Source of the DNA: Raillietiella orientalis
Lineage: Eukaryota
NCBI GenBank assembly: GCA_036172245.1
Contig: JAYWIR010000015.1
Coordinates: 3,658,001 to 3,722,000, forward strand
DNA: 64,000 nucleotides
Direction of reading: 5' to 3'
In this document: positions 50,001 to 58,732 of the stretch, in pieces
Layout of the letters: each line of letters opens with the position of its first letter
How positions within the stretch are numbered: the stretch's first letter is position 1
Made by a program: the position numbers and the translations under genes
Notes under the pieces: generated by a model
The model's database searches: none
What the model was told of the DNA's origin: nothing
Seen by the model: only the letters and a program-made list of their open reading frames with translations

Positions 50001-53000
50001 AGTTTGCGTTCTGATGGTCATCGAGAACAGCAGCAGCAGCAGCAGTGAAGGGTTGCCAGATAAACAAAAGGTCGACGACAAGCAAGTCTTGAAGCACTGT
50101 GACACGATCGTCCGAAGGACGATCCGGTTGGTCTTGGTACCTGCTAGAAAATAGGTCGACTCGCGATTTCGGTGGAGCTGCCTTCGCGGGGCAGGGAGAT
50201 CGAGTCCTCTTTTCTCTTGTAGAGCCTCGAAAGTTGTCGGGGGAACTGTCACCTGCCAGGGCGCTCAGACTTACGCAGAAGTGGTCCTGGAATCGGCGAG
50301 ATTCGTCACGATGTCCCGGGCATGGACGCTGATTGTGATCAGGGCACACGTCACGCTGCGCTGCAGAGGCGTGAGGTCTCCGCACACCAGGAGTGCCAGT
50401 TCCTCGAGAACCTAAGTGAGGCGCGAGAGAGGCAGCTGGCTGCCCGCGAGCGGTCGGCAGTGGCACACACTGGTACCTCGTTGGTGTGAGTTTCGAATTC
50501 CTTAAGATTCTTCAAGGTGTTGCTGCTGCTGCCGCCGCCGCCTCCGTTCGTGCCGAGAATCACTTCCAGCCGAGCACACCAGTGCACTTGAGAAGCCACC
50601 AAGACGAGCTGCAAAGACCACAGCCGACCGGAACTGATTTCCAAAGTTTCGACGCTCGTGGACAACCTGTGACGGCCACAACGTGATCCACTTGGAGCAT
50701 TTGGTTTTGTTGTGGCTTTCAATGGCATCTTTCAGCAGGTTCCTCAGCGAGAGGATCATGGTCTCTTCGACTTTACCCAACCAGTCTTCTATGCTTCCAC
50801 GGGCCTTGAGCCCCTATAGTCAGAGAAGAACGTCGTGACTAATCAGGTTCTCTGCACGACTCCTGTTGTCGGAGACGAAAGCGCAGGAGTTAAAAAGGGA
50901 TTCTTTTCCCGTCCATCACCCATCTTTTTTTGGAGAAAGCTTTTCTCGTCTCTTCGCGAGAGGCGGGTGAAGCTGATCGTCACCACCACCATTTGTCAAC
51001 TGCGACGAGACTAGACGCCGGCTCCCGGGGTGGCGCTTTCCTCACGACGGAGCGCGGCGCGCCTGCGTTCCTGGAAAGAACGCATCGTCCCGCCTTCGCG
51101 TCCTTTCCCCCCCCCTTCCGCAGACGTCCCACTGCACCATCTTGCGTTTCAAGCCACCGAGACGTCGGGTCCGCATTTCCCCGACCCGACGTCTCAACCT
51201 CCCACGAGCAGAGCAGCACCGGCGGCGCGACCGAGCGGGGGGAATGCCCCCCTGGTGCCCGCTCCAGCTTCTCGCTATCCCGCTCCATCCGTTGCAACCC
51301 TTGAAACGGATGCAGTTCCTGCGAAGGCTTCTACGCGTTCCTCAGACCAGGCGATTAGGAACGGATGGAGACAGAAGGAGAGTCGTACTCTTCCGCTCCG
51401 CAAGAAGTGTCCTTGGCAGCGCAGATGGCAAGGTGTGACCTGACCCGTTCCGTCCCCAGAGGCTGTCGTCGGAAACCTTTTCCGGAACGTTGCGGATGAG
51501 AAAGCCGCCACCAGGTTTCTGACGGAAGGCGCCGTGAAGGTGGCGTTGGGCGAGAACGGTGAAGGAAGAGATGGCTGCGGCCTCCAGGAGGAGAAACTCT
51601 CGTCCCCTCGCCCGGACGCCGCGACGGCTTCTCTAAGCTCGGGTTCCGCTGTGGCGACCGTTGCGAACCAGGAGCCAAGACCCGGGGAAGGCGAGGCCGG
51701 GGATGGGGTGCTGGTTGGCGTGGGCGGTCTTTGGTGGGCCGTGACTGCACCGCGCGCGAATGCAAGGGAAGGAGGGAAAAAGGACGGGCACAAGTGAAGG
51801 ACACGGACGGGCGGCCAGACTGCAACACTCTCAGCCAAGCGACCGCAGTTCCAGATCGTTCTCCGGGCGTCGCCCTCGATGAGCGCTTGCACCTCGTGCC
51901 TGCTCCTCACCTTCGAGAAGGCAACCTGTTCCCCTTCTGGCGAGATCATGGCGAGGATGTCCTGAGCCACGGATTTGTCGATCGCATCCCTGAACCGCAG
52001 TCTGGCGATGGCATCGAAACATTTCATGAGGTGCGGCTGAACGGCTGATGGATTCCGGATCTATCCCGGGAACAGTATCATGGTCTGCTCAGCCCCTCGG
52101 CAGGAGCATAGAGGGCGGGAGGAAGGAGGAAGGGAGGAGGAAGAGGCCACCGACCTGAGCAAATATCTCCAGGAGCTCCTCGTTGGAAAGAAAATAGAAT
52201 CGCGGGAACAAGCTTCTTTTGGATTCCAGGTAGGACTCTAAGCACTTGCTGATCTGCTCCAGGAGGTGATTGTTTGCCTTCATAGTTTCGTAAAGCCCTG
52301 GAAGCGTCGCTGCCCGGAGAGCGACTGGGACCTGTCGAGGCATTCGCGGTGCGTGCGCGATGGAATTTCGTCGCCATCCCTTGCCGCCTGCCCACCTTGT
52401 TGACCTTGCGCATGACTTCCTTGAATGACTTGTCGACCTGGGCAAACGCCTTGGTCTCCTTCGGCAGCTGCCTTTGGAAATCCGGCGCGCTAAAGATGCT
52501 TTCCAGATACATCCAGTTCCTCTGGCACAGAAGTAACTCCTCCTGGTCGGTTTTCTCAGAGCTCGGTCCACCGGGTCCAACTATCTGCCTACCAGATTTT
52601 TCGAAAACGACTCCAGCTGTAGCGACCAGTACTCCGCCTTTTCTTTGACGGGGCCCGAGTACCGCGAATTCAGGATGGTGCTGATGGTCAGGTAGCTCTC
52701 GTCCCATTCCACCTGGAATGCCTCCTAGGTTCGCGCGAAGAGGTGACGCGAGCCGGAAGGGCGACCTGTATCTCATCAGTCCCTCCTAGCACGTAAGTGT
52801 CCTTGTAATCCTTGTACGGAATCACGACGAAATCCAAGCTCTTCCAGGTGTCCGTGACCTGAGGTCACTTTGAACTTTGAGCGCTCTCGCATCGGGGGAG
52901 CAAGAGGGAGCACAAAGAAGCCAAGGCGTATCGCCGCCCCGTGCTTCGCACCGCATGCACCTTCCCCGCAATTCTTGCTTTCCGGTTGGTGGTGCGATGC

Positions 53001-56000
53001 GTGCGCGCGCCCGCCCTCCGCCGGCCACCTTCTTACCTTCCTAAGCATCGCTTCCAGGTTCGCCTCCGAGCTCGCCATGGCCGAGATTTCGCTGATGTCG
53101 GCGCTGAAGGAAAATATGCCAAACTCCTCCAGGGTGGACAGCGTCCACGTGTCGTGCTTTAGGGGGATTCGGAGGACGCTCCCCAGCATATCCCAGTGCC
53201 TTTTTTTGAGATTGGGGTTGCACAGGTCGTAAACTACTTGAAGCTGAAAGGAAACGTCTTCGTCAGGCCAAGCCGATGCGAGGCCACCAGACCTTCTCCT
53301 TCATGGCATGGACGGAGCTGCTCAGGTTCTGCAGGACGTCGTTGGGAGGCAGCGACTTGTGCATCTTCTGGCAAGCCTTGAAGCACGTGTTGACCACTTC
53401 GGCCATCTGGGAAGAAGCGGGAGCTCCGGAGAGAGGAAGCAGGAGCCGCGGAGGGAGGGTCGGGAGCGCCGCGTGGAAGCGTATGGATCCTTTCGGGACG
53501 AATCGCATCCATCCGCAAACTCGGACATTGCGGAACCGGAAACGGGCGTCGTCGTGGACGAAGGGAACCTGCACGTGGTGGCGGACCAAACAACAGAATA
53601 TCCGCGCGCACGCAAGCGGGAACCTGGAACACCGACAGAGGGAGGGAAAGAGGGAGGAAGGAAATCCGGAGAGCGAGCGCAAAGAGTGGGAGAGTCGCAA
53701 GCGCTCGATGCTGCTGCTGGGGTGGGAGAGCGAGGTCGGGAACCCGTCCTCCAGGAACCCACGCTGCCAGCATCCAGCATCCGAAGGATTCTCCGGCAAG
53801 AGCTCCGCCAGTAGGAAAGAGAGCGCAGGAAGGAGGGGGAGGGGGGAGGCGCCACGCCTCCTGGAAGGGCATGCATCCGTACCACCGGAGGTTGAGGCGG
53901 GGAGGTCATGAGTAGTGAGGACCGAACGGACGCAGTGAGCTGCTGCTGGGCTCGCACTCCGCGGAGGGATGAAGTGTCGCGCCGCTTGCACGCGTGCGCG
54001 CATCTTTGGAAGCACCTCGTCAGGGTTCACAGCTTCCAGAAGGCGCGTTTTCCAGACTTCAGTGTTCTCTCTCCACCTCTCGACGGTGTCCCAGAGCAAC
54101 CTCTTCATCTTCAAAGTCGAGTGCACGTCGTCGAGCTCCTCGAAACCATAAATGGGCACCTGCGGAGAGAAGGGGGAACAAACAGTCGGCGGCGGCAGCA
54201 GCAGTTTGGGGGAGGGGGGGGGGGGGGAAGCAGCGATGCCTTTGGCTTCCCCGGGAGCATCCCTGCTCCTCCTCCCCGTTTCCCTCTCCCTCCATGCAAC
54301 CAGCCCACCCCGTCGGGACGCACGGCGTACCTTCACCGCTTTCTGGAAGTCCCTGAGCTCCTGGCACGCCCCGATACACTCATCCATCTGCTCCCGAATC
54401 TCGTCAAGGAGGTCGAGAGCATCTTCGGGCGAGGTGGTAGAGTCCAGAAGGATCGGGTTCTGTTGGAAATACCGGAAATTTAGCCTCCGGACGATGGAGA
54501 GAGCTCACAACGGATCCCCCTGAGATCCACCGTGGTTGCTTCTTTGGTGTGCAGCGGAACCACCAAAGAAAGTAAGAGAATTCGATCGCTCGATTTTGGT
54601 TTTCTCCGACTCGACGGACCCCTCTCCCTGCTGGCTGTGCCTTTCCACTGCCGCCCATCTCTCAGCGGAGAGTCTGCGCCGTCCCCCAACGATAGCCGGT
54701 CTATGGCTTCCTGGGAGTTGGGGGGCTGCACGTGCGCTCGGGACAATCCAATCTCCCTTCTCTGGTTGGGTTCCATCGCGACAGCAGACACCCACGCGCA
54801 TCATGATTATGGTGGCCGGGGGAGGGAGGGAGGGGGACGAGCGTCTCCTTTCTGTCTTCCGCAAGTCCGTAGGACTGAGCATCTCCCCTAGCGGTGACTC
54901 TTCTTTCGGGGGGTGGAAGGGGACGAGTTTTCGGTTTTTCGCTTTTTGCCTTTCATTTTCTTCCCATGATGCTCTGAATGCTTGCACCGGATTTGCAGCA
55001 GCAGCAGCAGCAGAAACGGCGAGAAGCAGCCTACCACGTTCCCCGCACGCTCTTGACATTCGTAGCAGCAACAACAGCAACTTCAGAGGAGACGACCACG
55101 AGGAGGACGGCAAAAGCTGAGGAGGCTGTCGGCCGGATCTGGCAAGGAGACAGCACGGCGAAGCCCGAACGCGATGGGAAAGAGGCTTTCTGCACGATTC
55201 CGTACGGAAGGACCGCAGATCTCTCCTTCTTTTCGTCAGCGGCAGAGCCGTTTCCGTGGCAGTTTGGGCGTCGTCATCCACGACGCCCTGCGTCCAAGTG
55301 AGATCGGATGGGAAAGCGCGGAACGAATCGCCGCGCCTCACAGTCAGTACCCGGCAACCTTCCTCACTGGCTGCAAGGTCGGAAAAGGAACATCAGTCCG
55401 GAAAAATGGGTGGGGGGATGCATTAGAAAATACTGGAAGGATGGAAGAAACATGAAAAGAAAAAAAAGGATGACGGACGGAGCGGGGAGGACACCGGTTT
55501 GGAGAGTCCGAAGGGCTTTCGAGGTACGACGTGACACCTCCCAATGATGCTTTGTTCCTCTCCTGTCTGGCTCGATTGCTTCCCGTTCCTTGTAGCTCAC
55601 TTCTTCTGTACTAATGAAATATTCATAGATTCCGGTCGGAGCCAATGCCAGCGAATACCTGGTAGCGGCAATGAGGCACTTCCAAGTATAGGCAAATGCG
55701 GAGCTGTTATTTTTATTTTGCGAAACAGCACATGAGGAGGATCTCGGGAAACGACTTGCTCTCTCTGAGGTAAAAAATCACGCACAGGATCACTCGAGGT
55801 TCTCGAGACGAGATGTGGTTCGGAATGAGAGGCTTTCGAAGAGAGGATGTAGTCATTAGTTTCCTTCCACGGTTTGTTGTTTTTTTTTTTTTTTCCTTTT
55901 TTTTTTTTTTTAAAGGAAGGGGAGGGGGTTCGGTCTTTCGGTTTTCTGCCTTTCGCTTCATTCGCTCCGTTTTTCCCATGATGCTCGCACGAGAGAGGTT

Positions 56001-58683
56001 GCTGGGATACGCCGCCGCTTTCCTAATGGAAACGGCGTTTCTTCATCTCCGGGAGCACCCTCGCGCCGCGCTCTCGAGCGTCGGAGGGGTGCCCTCCGGG
56101 GAGTTTCCTCGCCCAGGAGAGCACATAAAGTGCTCTCGTTCTTGTCCAGAACGCCGATTTCACTTCCAAGCATTCTCCTCTTGGCTTTCCTTTTCCCAAT
56201 TTTTTTTTTTTTTTGTTTTTTTGTTCCCCCCCCCCCCCCCCTCCCGCCGCCGCCGCCACCGTTTTTGTCCCCTCTGGCCTGCGTCGAGGAGGAGGGAATG
56301 GGGAGCCTTTGAGGCTGGCCTGCTTTGAGGATCCGCCACCACCCTTCCACAGGGGCTGACTGCCTGCCTGCGAATGCTTCACTGAACTCGCAGGCATGGG
56401 ATCGCGGAGTCTATTTTAGGATTCCGCCGGTGACGTAGTTAGTCCCGTTGCCCTTCGCACACGTTATTTGCGAAACCATATTGCAACCAGATGTGATCCC
56501 TCTCTTGGTTTCGCGGATAATGGCATTTCGTGAGCTCTCCGGTGTGTTCGGACTGGTTTTGTTTGTTCCGAATGCCGAGCCTGGGTGTCCCCTAGATATT
56601 CATCAGGTGTTTTTGTAAGCAAGAACCGGACACCATGAGCGTGGCGTCGTCTCACAGAGTCTTGACCAAGACCACGAAGAAGACCAAGACCACCACCATC
56701 ACGACCACCAGAGTGGAACGACGGTCTGGTCAAACCACGGAGCGAAAGAGCAGCGAAGGGAAGCTGAGCCAGATCAAAAGGCAAAGCATCGTCCCCGATG
56801 ATGAAACGGTAAGGCGGCGGCAGCGTTGCGTTGGCTGCATGCAGCATCGCTCATTGTCGCTCTTCTTTTCGGTAACGAGTTGGACCGAAGCACGAAAGGA
56901 ACGAAAGTAGCATGTCCGTGGAGCAAAGTCAAAGAGCGTGTGTGCGCGCGCGTGTATGTGTCTGCCCTTCCACCGTTCTCTGTGGAATTTCCCTACGCCG
57001 GGCGATGCTTCCTTTCCCTGAAGACGCCCCCACCGCCCGACTCCCTCTCAATTTAGCGGGGACGGGGGAGGAGGAGGAGGAGAAGAAGAAGAAGAAGAAG
57101 AAGAGCGAGCACGATTTGTATATGGATGGGGTGTCCCGTGCGGGCTCGAGAACGCCGGCAAGAATATCGATGAGCTTGCCGTCTTGGGTTCCCTGAGCGA
57201 AGGGACCGCGAGGATTCCCCAGCGCGCTCCCGTGCGAGATGCCACGGGCCACGCCGGAACAGCAAGCGGCTTCCTCTTCCCTCTTCTCGTCGCATCCAGC
57301 CGAGAGACGCGCCCCCCACGCAGGCGGCGAGTTCTTGGGCAAGAATCGCGCGGGAGATCGCCGAAAGCGATCCCGTTATCAGCTGGAGTGCATCCTGGTT
57401 AACGTCGTCTCGTCGACGTCGGTGATGGCTCCGGGAGCAACAGCGGTGGAAGAGAGCCGGCGCGACCGTTCGCACCGAACGCTTTCTGCAAACTCAACGA
57501 GAAGTCGCGGGCGAGGGGTTCCAAAGAAATTCGCCCAGGAGCCACACGAAGCGCCGTCATCTGACAATGCGAGTGGGGATGCCAAGAGAGGAGGGGAAAA
57601 AAAAAAAGGGGGGGGGGGGGGGGAAAACAAGGAAAGAAAGCAACCGTCGCAGTCGGTCGTGCGGAGTACCTCCGCTAGGAGGAGGAGACGCTGGAGTGGC
57701 AGCGGGATACTCTTCTCCTAGGTTGCGATTCGCGGAATCACGACGGTAAGCGAAACTCCCAATGCGTGCGCTCATGAGAAATTTATTAGGGGCGAAGGAG
57801 GTTCTGATTACGTGCTAGCAGTTTTTTCCGTTGTTTCTTGTAGCAAACAGAAATCAACAAATTATTAGGACGATGGCGTGTCACCGACAAGAACCTTTGC
57901 TTCGTCTCGAATTCATGGCTCTGGAAAAAGAGTGGCACGTAATCACGCAAGTGCTATGACATCTTCCCGGGAATGGCCTATTCGAGCAAATGTCGTTGTC
58001 ACTCGTAGCCAGCCGTTTACACATGAAAACGTACTGCGTGATGAATGGATGCGAACCGAATTTCCAGGAGGACGCCTCCATCTTCCAAGCAAGCAGCATC
58101 TTCCCACCAAACATGACGGAGGAGGTGTCGGAGGTTTCTGGAAGGCGGCGGCGGAACGTAGCATTGGTTAACAGCGGTCTTGAGGCCCGTTTGACCTCTC
58201 AGACGTTTCGTGCACGTTCCAAGCAGTAGTCTCGAAGTCCACTGGAGCAGCAGCCCTCTTTGCAGCCTCTCTGCATGCTTCGGGACTGCGCTCCGTCACT
58301 TGCCATGGTACCGGGTTCCACGTCGGACACTCCTTCTTTCAGTTCCTTTCTTGGCCTTTTTGCCGGTCCACCTTGGCTTGAGGCTTTTAAAATGATGATG
58401 AAGCAGGCTCTCCTTCCGATCGTGAATTGTTCCATCAATGCCCCCCTTGCCTCTCGCAGAGCAGGGGAGTGACCATCGCTTCACTCCGTGTGGACTTTTT
58501 TGAGACAAAAACGAAAAAGGAAAAGAAAATCGACACGCGAAATCTTCGACGCGGTTTGGTTCTCAATGAGTTGCTTCCCAGCTGGGTGGAAAACTGGAGT
58601 GTTGGTCTCTTCACGACCGCGACCCCCATCTTAGGGAAGCACTGTCGAATAGTTGAACCATAATTTCAAAGCTCGGAAAGTGG

Positions 58684-58732
<49 letters not shown>

